Assembly (NCBI GenBank): GCA_964016885.1
Contig: OZ024740.1
Span: forward strand, 442,308,001-442,372,000
Source: Eledone cirrhosa
Lineage: Eukaryota
Reading direction: 5' to 3'
DNA: 64,000 bases
The position numbers and the translations under genes were made by a program. Shown one piece after another: positions 26,198 through 39,829 of the stretch. Numbering within the stretch: the stretch's first letter is position 1; each line of letters begins with the position of its first letter. Under the pieces are notes generated by a model. It was not told the origin of the DNA, searched no databases, and saw nothing but the letters and a program-made list of their open reading frames with translations.

Positions 26198-26596
26198 TCT
26201 TCTCACTCGGAGAATATAAAATACCCGAGTTGAAATCACGAACTGGCGCCATACAGAACTGTTCCCGGATGAGAGTGTATGATGAAGAAACAATTTTGTC
26301 TAGTGCCGTGTGTAAAGATAGAAGGCAGGGGCGGAAAGGTCAATGTACTGTCACTAGAAATAGCAGCAGTTAAAACGACCAAAATGTTATCTCGACCAGG
26401 GGAGATTAATAATAATAAAGTATGTTTCCCTACATGCAAAATGCATATAGGTATACATGTATTATCCAACCGTATGCCAATGTGGTTCTATGGCAGGTTA
26501 ATAAATTAACGAGCCAGAATATATATAATCAAGGTTTAGCAAATAAGAAAAAGTTTTAAAATAAATTTTAAAAAGTTCACTGTGCCTGCTATAACT

Positions 26597-26680
26597 ACCC
26601 TTCCCGTGCGGTTTCAAGTCTCAAAATAAATGGATAATCCATGCGGAAATTCATTGAGAAGAAGACTTTCGTCAGAGGGT
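26597..26680 (-). ncRNA. Hammerhead copy with U16.1->G (probably inactive)
   Basis: Same as 26114-26197 but the cleavage triplet reads GGA. Confidence 0.7.
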
Positions 26681-26733
26681 TCTTCTCACTCGGAGAATAT
26701 AAAATTTTCCCGAGTTCAAATCACGAACTGGCG

Positions 26734-26792
<59 letters not shown>

Positions 26793-26794
26793 TC

Positions 26795-26857
<63 letters not shown>

Positions 26858-26892
26858 ATTTATATATGTACTTGTGTGTTTATATATATATC

Positions 26893-27170
26893 CGTGGTCA
26901 GGGTATTCGTGAGTTCGATTCCTGGCTACGCGTTGTGTTCTTGAGCAAGACACTTTATTTCACGTTGCTCCAGTCCACTCAATTTGCAAAAATGCGTTGT
27001 ACCTGTAATTCGAAGGATCAGCCTTGTCACACTCTGTGCCGCACTGAATCTCCCTGAGAACTACGTAAAGGGTACGGGTGTCTGTGGAATACTCAGCCAC
27101 TTGCACGTTAATTTCACTACTAGGCTGTTCCGTTAATAGTATCATCGTCGTAACCGACGGAGCGACTCCG
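26893..27170 (+). mobile_element. CORE-like SINE
   Basis: gagttcgattcctgg...gtgttcttgagcaagacactttatttcacgttgctccagtccactca. Confidence 0.75.
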
Positions 27171-27188
27171 TTTATATGTGTGCTCCTT

Positions 27189-27227
<39 letters not shown>

Positions 27228-27596
27228 CTGTGTGTGTATGTGTGTGTGTGTGTGTGTATGTGTATATGTGTGTGTGTGTGTATGTGTGTGTATGTGTGTG
27301 TGTCTGTGACCTATATACACTGGTCACAGACACACATACATACACGCACGCACACACACACTCACACACAGACACATATAAATATATATATAGAGAGAGA
27401 GACACATATACACATGCTCTTAGAAACCCTTCCTATTTAGCAGGAAATATTCGCTATACACATCCTGTCCAAACATAAGTTATGTGAAACATATGATTAA
27501 GTATTCAGTCACTACATTAGACTTAGATACAGTAATGCTGTATTGTATTCAATTCTTTGAAGTTACCTGTTATAATTTCTTTCACCAACACCATCA

Positions 27597-27628
<32 letters not shown>

Positions 27629-27699
27629 CCTCTCTCTCTCTCTCCCATTTCTTTCTCTTTCTCTCTTCCATTTTATTTTTCTCTCTCCCCATGTCTCTC

Positions 27700-27727
27700 T
27701 TTAAATCTACTCTCTCACAACCACACA

Positions 27728-27782
<55 letters not shown>

Positions 27783-28008
27783 CCTCTCTCTCTCTCTCCC
27801 TCTCTCTCTCTTTTTCTATTCATGAAGGTACCCGGAAAAACCCCGTATCTCGGGAACCCATGCTCTGATTTACGCGAAACTTGTTTTATTCCATTTGTAT
27901 TCTTATTTCAGGGGCAATTTTCTTTCAAATTATTTTCCCATTATGCGCCGTTTTGGCTATATTACATTACAGAAAGCTCACAATCACAGAGTTTTAGTAG
28001 TATATAGA
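27700..28008 (-). mobile_element. Second copy of the Helitron-like repeat
   Basis: Homologous to 22110-22357; ends ttttagtagtatatagat. Confidence 0.5.
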
Positions 28009-29227
28009 TTTTATGAATGTTTGAAATTGGTAAATTCCAGTAGAAATCTTTCCACTGTTTCTTCGTTTATTTTTGCTTTAATTCTAGTAGAATAATAAAA
28101 CAAAGTAAAATATAAAGACTTTGGTTAAGAAGAAAAACTAAAGATTTGCCTATTCTTTATAAAACATATGTGAAATGTTAATGGCATGGAAACTCTGAAG
28201 AATAATTGGAAAAGAATTAGAATATCTTTATGGTTTCATGTAATGTTGCCGTGTTACTTATAAAATCTACCTGTTGATACTTGTAAAAGAATTCTATATT
28301 TAAAATAAACTGCAATGCAATATAGATGAAATAAAGTTAGAATTAAGAGAAGTTTAAACGACAATAACTAGTATCATACACAGAAATAAAACCAATTTAA
28401 AATAGAGTTATTTCTAATAACTAATATTTCCTGTTTCTTATTCTATATTTCCACTTCTGAAAATATACTTTTTTCTCATTCAAGTAAAACTCTTTGAGTT
28501 TTGTTGCTATTTTTGTACATTAATTTCGTTAATTTAATCTGAAGGTTGAATCTAATGGTTAATCTTATTGAATGAATTTTCTTGTCAACCGTGTGTTATT
28601 TATACTCCAAGGTAATCCTGTAGAATAATTCTTTAGATTATATTTTTATCACTTAATATCATAAATTCAAAAGTACTTTCTATCAGCACTTCTAGCGCTT
28701 GTGGCTTAGCTAATTCAATTCTATCTATATTCTCAATTTCGCAGCTTCTCCGATTTTTTGCTGTTTGTTATTTTCATCACTAATGGCAAATGGCACTTAT
28801 GCTAGACAATTTTGTAACACAGTTTTATTCTTCGTAAGCATCGGTTAAACACGATAATATTTCATATTCATATAAGTGTTTAGTATTCATGTAAGTACAA
28901 GTATAAAGCAAAGTCTAAACAGACACAAGTATTTAAGAAATTATATACATTTAATTGTTTACATCCCTCAACAACTGAAAATAGCTGTTGGAAATATTTT
29001 GATTTTATATATAATATTCACATAAATATGATATTTTATTTTCAGTCCAAATCTCCAGAAAATTGTTTAAATGATTTTTATGAGTAAATACAGATTTTGT
29101 AATTGTATACAACACAGTTTCTTTCTCAATGAGAATTTCTCTAGGGACGAAGCTATAGAGTTTGACTTCGAAGAAAATATCACCTTTTCCGCTATTGCAG
29201 ATGATGTTACTTCTAATATGGTATGGT

Positions 29228-29550
29228 GCCGTAACTCCTGGTGGAGTCAAAGGGGCGCCGTATTGGCATACACGTTTCTAGGGCATTTTAAGCCTGGCGG
29301 TGCCCTTCCATATCCAGGTCTGAGTACAGAAGATTTCTTCCAAAGAAGAATAGAGAGAGAGCGAGAGAGAGAGAAAGAGAGAGCGAGAGGAAGAATCCAC
29401 CCCTGTACTAGACAGACACTGTTTTATCGACCTCGAAATGATGAAAAGGAAAGTTGTCAAAACGAGAGTTGAACACAGAGAGAAGAGAGTTGGACCAAAT
29501 ACCAAAACATTCTCTATCCAAAGCTCTAACGACTCTACCAATTCGCCGCT
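29228..29550 (-). mobile_element. Meta-like SINE with 3' tail region
   Basis: Matches the 4380-4690 organisation; head gctctaacgactctaccaattcgccgc. Confidence 0.7.
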
Positions 29551-29924
29551 TTGTACTTCCAATATATGATTATACTATCATTGAAAGAGAAAAAAAAAGC
29601 AAAACATGTATTTGAAATTGTTTTAAAATAAAATAATAACCAGAAACAGCAGTTAGTAAAATTAGTCGACTAAATACATTATTGAGACAACATTAAAAAC
29701 GAAAAGTCTTATTGTTTCACAAAAATTGTTCAATTGGTTGCTTACTTAATATTTTAAATATATGTGTTTGTTATAGTAACAGTGTAAGTATTAACACGTA
29801 TTTCATTTATAGGACAATTTACAGGAGTGGTTGAAAACTCTGTCCCATGACCCCCTCAGAAAGAAGAGGGAGAAGAAGAAGAATATATTTTGTTTGTTAT
29901 TAATAAGTAACTTGCCACCACTAA

Positions 29925-30143
29925 GGGTGGTGGATTGACAGTATCGGTAGAGTGTCGGGCAATATGCTTTGAAGCATAGAGTTACGCCCCCTTACGTTCT
30001 GAATTCAAATCCCGCTGAGATTAACTTTGCCTTTCATCCTTGCGGGGTCGATAAAATAAAGTACAAGTAACGCACTGGGGTCGATTTAAATGACTCCCCC
30101 CTCCTCCCCAAATTGCTGGCCTTGTGTCTAAATAAGAAACCAA
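29925..30143 (+). mobile_element. Meta-like SINE
   Basis: ggtggtggattgacagtatcggtagag...ttcaaatcccgctgagattaactttgcctttcatccttgcggggtcgataaaataaagtac. Confidence 0.8.
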
Positions 30144-30637
30144 TAAGTAAATTTAGTCAGCAATACTAATTATCTAATGAATTCATTAATTATTTTTCAA
30201 CTGGAATAAAAAGAAAGACTGGAATCAACTCCAATCTGAAATTCGAACGTTGATGGCTATACTAAATAGCCCAAGTCTAATGCTGCTAAACTAACGAGGA
30301 TGTAAAGCTAAATAAATATTGACTTTAAAATGTGAAAATATGAACAGAAACAAAAGAGGAGAAAATAGTTTGTTTCTTATTCCCAACAAATTACTGAGCT
30401 TTATGTCGCATAGTTTTAGAGTGAAGATATGTTATGGCGGGGAAAGCCCTCCTCAAAACATCGATGATATTAGGGAAGTGTAATTGAGGAATACGACAAA
30501 CAATACCTAACTATTCTCATCAATATGAACAGAAATATATTTCAATATTAACAAGTGTTCCAATAGAAATAAAGCAGAAACGGAATGGTTGAAAGTCAGA
30601 TTTTTAGTGAAAAATGTCTACTATATAATAATTTCTA

Positions 30638-30830
30638 TACTTGGCACAAGGTCAACAATTTGGGAGGCGGTTTTTTTTTTGGGGGGGGGGGGGATTACGT
30701 CGACCCCTGAACATTACTGGTACTTATTTTATAGACCCTCTAAGAATGAAATGCAAAGTTAACCTTGGCGGGATTTGAACTCTGAATGTAAAAGAACGTA
30801 ACTCTCTGCTGCAAGACATGTTGCTCTATT
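30638..30830 (-). mobile_element. Meta-like SINE
   Basis: actggtacttattttatagaccc..gcaaagttaaccttggcgggatttgaactc. Confidence 0.7.
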
Positions 30831-30877
30831 GCATAAGGTCAGAGGTTGAAAATAAATTAAGAAAAAATCAAAATGGC

Positions 30878-31225
30878 TTTCGCATTAATAGGATAGAATG
30901 CTTTGGGATATTCTTTTGAACTCTCTCGCTCTCTGAGTTCAAATCCGGCCCAGGTAAACATTACTTTTCATCCTTTCGAGGTCGATAAAAGATGTTCCAG
31001 TCCAGTACCTATGCTCATTCTTCCTTTATATCTCTTCTTCTTCTTCTTCTTCTTCTTCTTCTTCTTCTTCTTCTTCTTCTTCTTCTTCTTCTCTCTCTCT
31101 CTCACACACACACACACACTCACTCTATCACTCTCTCACTCTCTCCCTCTCTTCTCTGAAAGAAATCGGCTGTGACAGATCGCAAGAAAGGCTGAGCTCC
31201 ACCAGGTTTAAAAGGCCCAAGTAAA
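30878..31225 (+). mobile_element. Meta-like SINE with internal (CTT)n
   Basis: gagttcaaatccggcccaggt..actttt catcctttcgaggtcgataaaa; tail ctgaaagaaatc..ccaggtttaaaa. Confidence 0.6.
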
Positions 31226-32257
31226 TTTACGTGTCTCTCCCTACACATCTATCATAGGTATGATAGATAACAGAATAGTTTGTCTGTGAAACATGTTCAA
31301 ATACCTGTGATAAAAAAGTTTCTTATGAGAAAGAAAGGAGTTTATATATTACTGAGCTTTAGTTTTAATAAGAGATTAGAAAGAAAAACTGGTAGAAATA
31401 TCCACAACATCAATGTTTTACTTCCTACAAACAGCAAATACTTTATTCAGTTAGTTTTTCTGTATTGAATAACGAAGGACTGCTGTGATGCAGCATGTAA
31501 TATATATACCTATTGATATTTATCTGCTATATTTACTTTGTTTTTTACGGTGTTGCGGTCGTAGATACTTCTTATCATAGCTATTTAGCTCTCATCCTGT
31601 CATTAGAATCATGTAATAAAATTAAGCTTCTGGCATTCCGAGTCCACAACATAGATTTTATTGTCAGTAGGAAGTATTTAATTCAAATTACATTACTAAT
31701 TTCTTTGAACGTCACAACATAGCATTTCCTCCTCACCACTAAAATTCAGCTCCCTGTCCTCTATACTACACTAATTAACTATTATTCTACCAAGGAAGAC
31801 TAGCGTTGGTTTTTGATGACACAATCCTTCTTTAAAAAACAACAACTAACGCTAAGTATTGTATGTTTATACTGACGACACAATCGCTTCAGCTTAAACA
31901 AGTAATTTTCGCCTACAACCAGAACACAGACAATTGCAAACAACAGCATCATCAACAACTACAACAATAACACTACAATCAACAACAACAACAACAATAA
32001 CAACACCATCATCAACATCATCAACAACAACAACAACATCATCATAGCCCCTTGCTAAACCTGTCAGACCACACCATTGTAGTTTGTACCAAGAGAAACC
32101 TACCACTATTGATACATAGTAAACTACTAAGTTCCCTAATGTATCTCACACTCTTCACTATATTACGGATCTATTTTCTGTCATTACTATACACATCACA
32201 TTCCCATACACATCATATATGTCTTCTTTTATTAAAGTCCTTTACCCAATCATTATC

Positions 32258-32405
32258 CATAGAATCAAAACGGCAGGAGGCTGAATTAAGTACAAGAATT
32301 GCAGGAGCTGGTGCAGTAATGTGCCAGATTCAGCATTCGGTAATCAGAAGGGAGGTAGGTGTAAAAGCCGAACTCCCTATCTTCAATTCAGTATTCGTGC
32401 CAATG
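32258..32405 (+). pseudogene. Degenerate RTE-clade LINE fragment
   Basis: EAELSTRIAGAGAVMCQIQHSVIRREVGVKAELPIFNSVFVP resembles the RTE post-RT region. Confidence 0.55.
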
Positions 32406-32566
32406 GCCGTTGCAGTTTTTTTACCCTCATCTGGGCATTTTTAGTTTTAGGATGCTTAGAATTTTGGAATTTAATACCCGTATGCATAACTTTTTAATTC
32501 CAATTACTTGCACCAAGCTAAATTTGATATGTATACACACACACGCACACACACACACACGCACAC

Positions 32567-32684
<118 letters not shown>

Positions 32685-33854
32685 GAGAGAGTTTTTGTCA
32701 TATTCATGACGAACATGTATACCTACAGGTATAGCCTTATGTAAAACCATGCACTTTTTTGTGTATGCAGGGGCCCTCAGACCTGAAGTGCCCTGGGTCC
32801 CCACAACGTCTAAATCCAACCCTCAATATATATATAGAGAGAGCAATATATCCCAACATGGAACCCAGGGATTTAACTCAATACGTGCCATAGTTTTACT
32901 AGGATCAGGAACAATATAAAAATATTTCAAGTTGTTAAATCGAAGAGGAAAGTCATTTATTTTTACTGATCTCTTTCTTTCACTAAAGTTTTCAACATTT
33001 ACAACTTCTGGAAAATTCGATAAAAACGATGACATGTCGGCAAAAACTGAAAAAACAAGAAAGAAATAATTAAAAAAAGATATTTGTTTCCTGGTTTAAA
33101 GAGAGAGACGTAGTAAAATACTTGCATTAGTGCAGATTTCATTGGGGACGTGATACATACATACACACATATACACACAAACACATATATACACACATAC
33201 ACATACATACACACACACATACACACATATACACACATATAAACATATACACACATACACACATATACACATACTCATACATACATATACACACACGCAT
33301 ATACACACATATACACTCATACATACATACATATACACACACACATATACACACATACATACACGCATACACATACATACATACACACACATACATACAT
33401 ATACACACACACATATATATACACATATACACACATATACACACATATACACATATATACACATACATATACACACATATACACACATATACATATACAC
33501 ACATAAACACACATATACCCCCACACACGAACACAAACACATACACACTAACGGATAAGCTAAAAGACCAGTTATATCTTTATTAGAAGTCTGATTGACA
33601 GTAAGCAACTGCATAAATTAAACAATATTTTGTTTTGCCTATCTTCTGGGTTTGTGGAGTTTCAACAGAAACTTGTCTTTCTTTTTATCTGTGCAGCAGA
33701 TATCCTGCTTTAGGCTCTCAAGGCTTCTTCTCTACATTAAACCAAACTCACAAACAAAAGAGATTTCATAAATCCAACCGAAACTCTTGGGAGAACTGTT
33801 ACGATTCTACAGAAAACTTACAGAATCAATGTTGGTAAAAAATACAAACCTGAT

Positions 33855-34062
33855 TGTTCTGTTGTTGTTGTTGTTACTGTTGTTGTTACTGTTGTTGTTG
33901 TTGTTGTTGTTGTTGCTGTTGTTGTTACTGTTGTAGTTGTTACTGTTGTTGCTGTTGTTGTTGTTACTGTTGTTGTTGTTGTTGTTGTTGCTGTTGTTGT
34001 TGTTACTGTTGTTGTTGTTACTGTTGTTGCTGTTGTTGTTGTTTCTACTGCATTACTGCTGC

Positions 34063-34096
<34 letters not shown>

Positions 34097-35915
34097 GCTG
34101 TTGCTGTTGTTGTTGTTACTGTTGTTGTTCTTGTTGCTGTTGTTGTTGTTGCTGTTGTTGTTGTTACTGTTGCTGTATCTACTGCATTACTGCTGTTGTG
34201 TGGTTCGTTCTACTGCTGCTGCTGTTGTTGTCCCTATTGCTGCTGCTGTCACTATTGCTGCTGTTGCCACTAGTGCTGCTGTTGTCCCTATTGCTGGTGT
34301 TGTTACTATTGCTGCTGTTGCCACTATTGCTGCTGTTATCACTAGTGCTGCGGTTGACCCTATTGCTGCTGTTGCCACTAGTGCTGCTGTTGTGCCTATT
34401 GCTGCTGTTGCCACTAGTGCTGCTGTTGTGCCTATTGCTGCTGTTGCCACTAGTGCTGCTGTTGACCCTATTGCTGCTGTTGCCACTAGTGCTGCTGTTG
34501 TCACTATTGCTGCTGTTGCCACTAGTGCTGCTGTTGTGCCTATTGCTGCTGTTGCCACTAGTGCTGCTGCTGTGCCACTAGTGCTGCTGTTGTGCCTATT
34601 GCTGCTGTTGCACTAGTGCTGCTGTTGTGTCTATTGCTGCTGTTGCCACTAGTGCTGCTGTTGCCACTAGTGCTGCTGCTGTGCCTATTGCTGCTGTTGC
34701 CACTAGTGCTGCTGTTGTGCCTATTGCTGCTGTTGCCACTAGTGCTGCTGTTGCCACTAGCGCTGCTGTTGACCCTAGTGCTACTGTTGCCACTATTGCT
34801 GCTGTTGTGCCTATTGCTGCTGTTGCCACTAGTGCTGCTGTTGTTCCTATTGCTGCTGTTGCCACTAATGCTGCTGTTGTGCCTATTGCTGCTGTTGCCA
34901 CTAGTGCTGCTGTTGACCCTATTGCTGCTGTTGCCACTAGCGCTGCTGTTGACCCTATTGCTGCTGTTGCCACTAGTGCTGCTGTTGTGCCTATTGCTGC
35001 TGTTGCCACTAGTGCTGCTGTTGACCCTATTGCTGCTGTTGCCACTAGTGCTGCTGTTGACCCTAGTGCTGCTGTTGAACCTAATGCTGCTGCTGCCACT
35101 AGTGCTACTGTTGACCCTATTGCTGTTGTTGCCACTAGTGCTGCTGTTGACCCTTTTGCTGCTGTTGCCACTAGCGCTGCTGTTGCCCCTAGTGCTGCTG
35201 TTGACCCTAGTGCTGCTGTTGACCCTAGTGCTGCTGTTGACCCTAGTGCTGCTGTTGCCACTAGTGCTGCTGTTGACCCTAGTGCTGCTGTTGACCCTAG
35301 TGCTGCTGTTGCCACTAGTGCTGCTGTTGACCCTAGTGCTGCTGTTGACCCTAGTGCTGCTGTTGACCCTAGTGCTGCTGTTGACCCTAGTGCTGCTGTT
35401 GACCCTAGTGCTGCTGTTGACCCTAGTGCTACTGTTGACCCTAGTGCTGCTGTTGACGCTAGTGCTACTGTTGACCCTAGTGCTGCTGTTGACCCTAGTG
35501 CTGCTGTTGATCTAGTGCTGCTGTTGACCCTAGTGCTACTGTTGACCCTAGTGCTGCTGTTGACCCTAGTGCTGCTGTTGACCCTAGTGCTGCTGTTGAC
35601 CCTAGTGCTGCTGTTGACCCTAGTGCTGCTGTTGACCCTAGTGCTGCTGTTGACCCTAGTGCTACTGTTGACCCTAGTGCTGCTGTTGACCCTAGTGCTG
35701 CTGTTGACCCTAGTGCTACTGTTGACCCTAGTGCTGCTGTTGACCCTAGTGCTACTGTTGACCCTAGTGCTGCTGTTGACCCTAGTGCTGCTGTTGACTC
35801 TAGTGCTGCTGTTGACCCTAGTGCTACTGTTGACCCTAGTGCTGCTGTTGACCCTAGTGCTGCTGTTGACTCTAGTGCTGCTGTTGACCCTAGTGCTGCT
35901 GTTGCCACTAGTGCT
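33855..35915. repeat. (GTT)n grading into an 18-bp minisatellite (gaccctagtgctgctgtt and variants)
   Basis: Directly visible; variants gccactagtgctgctgtt and gtgcctattgctgctgtt. Confidence 0.95.
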
Positions 35916-36098
35916 ACTTCCCAGTTCAAACCATTTAACATCAATATTTCTTGAGGTTATAACTTTCCTTGGAAGTTCTTATCTTGCCATGGTAACAGCT
36001 TGTCATTTGCTCACACAGTTTGGTGGCAGACTTGGAATAAAAACCGAACACACACACAAATACATAAGCATTGATATATATATATATATATATATATA

Positions 36099-36242
36099 TA
36101 TTTCTGAAGACGGCGTATATATGTGTTGGTATGTATATTTAATCTTGATAGTTTGTATAATTTTGTATAATTTTGTACATAGATCTGTTGAATATGCATG
36201 CCAACTCTAACACATATATATCCTAGAAACGATCGTTAAATA
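36099..36242 (+). ncRNA. Type I hammerhead ribozyme (long stem II family)
   Basis: tattt, CTGAAGA, long stem II, GAAA, CGATCG, TT, aaata; homologue of 14058-14197; element flanked by (TA)n. Confidence 0.7.
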
Positions 36243-36292
36243 ATGAACTTTTTTTGTTTAATATAAGGAATTGTTTATTCATTATTTGTTTA

Positions 36293-36331
<39 letters not shown>

Positions 36332-36334
36332 CAT

Positions 36335-36399
<65 letters not shown>

Positions 36400-36492
36400 C
36401 AGACAACTGATGAAGGAAAATTTTCTCCAGTTCTTGGTTTCTTCTTATTTATAAGTACACCTTATCCAGCAACTACACAGCCCCTGTTTCTT

Positions 36493-36586
<94 letters not shown>

Positions 36587-36681
36587 TATATATATATATA
36601 AATATATATAAAAGTTCTTTCGTTGCACATCTGCAACATCATCAGTGGTACTATTATGTTCCCTCCAATTGTATTGCCATT

Positions 36682-36727
<46 letters not shown>

Positions 36728-36780
36728 ATTTAAAACTGGACTATCCACAAGTGTTTTTTAACCTTCATATCATGTCTTCC

Positions 36781-36851
36781 TGTTTTATCTGATGAAAACA
36801 CAAATATTATTGCATGATGATATTTGTTTTTGAAATGCGCATAATAAAATA
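36781..36851 (+). ncRNA. Type I hammerhead ribozyme
   Basis: TTTTAT, CTGATGA, aaacacaaatattat..atgatatttgttttt, GAAA, palindromic TGCGCA, TA, ATAAAA; element ~36724-36885 between (TA)n tracts. Confidence 0.9.
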
Positions 36852-37023
36852 CATGGAACTCTTTTAACCATCTTTTGTTCTTATATATTATATATATATA
36901 TATATATATACACATTTACACACACACATATATATGTATACACATACGCAGACGTATGTATATATATATATATATATATATACGATATTAAATAAATGGA
37001 AACTATATTTATAAAACCATATT

Positions 37024-37089
37024 TATTTCATTATATATATTTCAGGGATATCATATTAACAATATGTTATGCCTTCTTCAGACAAAATA
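37024..37089 (-). ncRNA. Hammerhead ribozyme (mirror copy)
   Basis: Reverse complement of 37217-37282. Confidence 0.75.
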
Positions 37090-37216
37090 CAATATAGACA
37101 GTTTTATAGATAAATAGATTTAACATACCGTTCAACATCGACTTGTATTTGAAAAAGTTGATTTGGCATGTTGAACGGTATGTCAAATCTATTTATCTAT
37201 AAAACTGTCTATATTG

Positions 37217-37282
37217 TATTTTGTCTGAAGAAGGCATAACATATTGTTAATATGATATCCCTGAAATATATATAATGAAATA
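37217..37282 (+). ncRNA. Type I hammerhead ribozyme
   Basis: tattttgt, CTGAAGA, AGG..CCT, GAAA, palindromic TATATA, TA, atgaaata. Confidence 0.8.
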
Positions 37283-38302
37283 AATATGGTTTTATAAATA
37301 TAGTTTCCATTTATTTAATATCGTAAATATACTCCAAATACTTGTTGAGTGCTTTTATATCAGTTATAAATATTTACTAGTTGTAACCCAACAATTTAAA
37401 TATAACTTTCCATATATATATATATATATATATATGAGTAGTGGTGTATACACACATACATCCATATATCTACTTATATATGTGTAAATATGTATTTACA
37501 CAAATGTGTGTGTGCGTGTGTGCGTGTGTGTGTGTGCGCGGTGTGTATGCGTGTGTGCAAGTCTGCTTGTGTATGTGTATATATTTTACACAGACACACT
37601 AAAACGCACACGCTGTAAGTCTGTCAACTTATCTCCCTAAAGTAAGTTCTTCTTCCAGTCGGGAAATAATAGTAAACACCTTAAAGTAAATACGGTTCAT
37701 AGTTAAAGTTGTATTTACTATCATAAAATACGTGTGGTGCGGTAAATAAACAGAAACATATACATCAGATCCGAACACAAACAAACTCTCACTGTCTCTG
37801 CTTCTGGCCCTCCGGCTCTCTCCACCTCTTAATATCATGGGCAATTGGGGACCCACGCACTGGGCTCCCTGCTACCCCGGCGGACAGAATAGAGAAGGCG
37901 GTTTCTCGGAGGATAGTGAGTGAGAGGCTTTGGAAAAGCCATTCCAGCTGGCGTGGCCCACACCTGCGAACTCTGTACCGATGGGGGTAAGTAGTAAGGT
38001 GGCACTAGGACGACCAGAAGGCTCCACTGTAGTGTTTCTTGCTCCCCACCTTTCCAATATCTCTATATATTCCACTGTTGTAATATCTAGTCTTGTTTTA
38101 ACTCCATAAACACCTTTCCTTCACTCTCTCATAAAAGATCACCCCTCTCTTCATCTGTCTCTCTTCCTCTCTATAATAACTTCTCTCTCTCTCTCTCTCT
38201 GACACCACCACCATTTCATCTCCCTCTAATTCCTGCTCATATCTCTTCCAAATCCGAACGATATATATATATATATACATATATAAAAACATGTGAATAT
38301 GA

Positions 38303-38335
<33 letters not shown>

Positions 38336-38371
38336 CCTTCGTGAGCCCCTTTTTTTAAGTAAAAAGAAATT

Positions 38372-38422
<51 letters not shown>

Positions 38423-38650
38423 GCATACAAATAAACATACATATCTTTACTTTCTTTATTCAATAGAAAATCTGAATTCTGACACCCCAGTGAACTAACC
38501 ATATTCACTGAACCAGAACAATTCTCCCATCCAATTTCTCTTGACCATTATCTTTTGCTTGTCATAAAATTCTCTAAAAAGGCTACAGAATAGATTTCCA
38601 AATAAGGGCGCGAAAATTTTATGAAAACTTGTTATTTTTTAAATTTATTA

Positions 38651-38772
<122 letters not shown>

Positions 38773-38857
38773 TGTGTGTGTGTATATATATTCATATTTA
38801 TTGAGTAAATTGGCAAGAGGCCGGACTGGTGAAAGTCCTTCATATATTTATTATACC

Positions 38858-38923
38858 AAACACTATGTACGTTTCAGTGGCCGATTTCCGTAAGATCCTG
38901 GTAACATACATCATCAGGTGTTT
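38858..38923 (-). ncRNA. Type I hammerhead ribozyme, somewhat degenerate
   Basis: Minus strand: AAACAC, CTGATGA, T-GT..AC-T, GAAA, CGTACA, TA, GTGTTT; stem II weak. Confidence 0.65.
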
Positions 38924-39077
38924 ATTGCATAATAGTTATAAAGGAATGATGGTAAACACAATCCAAGAGGCTATAAAAAAAAACAGAGAAAAATGTTTTT
39001 GACTCGAGAGCGATCAAGAGGGCCAGTTGTTGTCAGTTTGGCTGACTACCTATTCAGAGTTATATATATATAAAAGG

Positions 39078-39252
39078 ATCAATCGACTTTCATCGGTCTT
39101 TCCAGTTGCTAATACTATCTATCGATCGCAACTCCTGGTAGAAGGATAATAAAGTGTCTTGCTTAAGGACATAACGCATCACCCGGTCCAGGAATCGAAC
39201 TCACAACCTCACAATTGTGAATCCAATTCTCTAACCACTCAACCACACGCCC
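39078..39252 (-). mobile_element. CORE-like SINE
   Basis: Homologous to 3195-3372. Confidence 0.75.
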
Positions 39253-39764
39253 CCCCACACACACATATATATATATGTGTGTGTGTGTGTGTATGGATGG
39301 ATGAGTGGATGGATAAATGGATAAATGAATTGATATATATATATATGAATGTATACATACACACTCTCACACATATATAAATACTATATATAAATTTCTG
39401 TGATTCTGTCACAACATATAAAGAGAGAGGAGTAGTTTGATAACCTCATATTACTCCTCACTCTTTACGTCTGTGTGAAAGTATGTGTGTGTAAAAGGAA
39501 AGAAGGGGGTGGTGAAGTCTATAGCAAAATAGCGACTGGCGTTCCATTTATGCTGTGTACGTGTGTATGTTTGTCTCAATGTGTGTTTCTGTGAATGTAT
39601 GCGTCTGTGTGTGTTTGCACGTTTATATCTATATACTCATACATAAATGTATGTATATCCACATACACACATACGCGTCAGCGTGTTGACAAATTCTAGT
39701 ATATATAAATACACACGAACACATAGGAAGGGTTTCTAAGAGCGTGTGTATATGTGTCTCTCTC

Positions 39765-39829
<65 letters not shown>

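Larger units (their letters stand above)
26042..26733 (-). mobile_element. ~1.4-mer tandem of a 483-bp HHR-containing unit in (TA)n
   Basis: 26044-26250 repeated at 26527-26733 (period 483); diverged homologue at 58930-59510. Confidence 0.9.
36981..37412 (+). mobile_element. HHR element with inverted 5' duplication
   Basis: 36981-37138 is the reverse complement of 37168-37325; right arm continues ~85 bp to (TA)n. Confidence 0.9.

Noticed and set aside
36396-36494. CTGATGAAGG in a (TA)n island
   Set aside because: No downstream GAAA or stem III in the retained fragment
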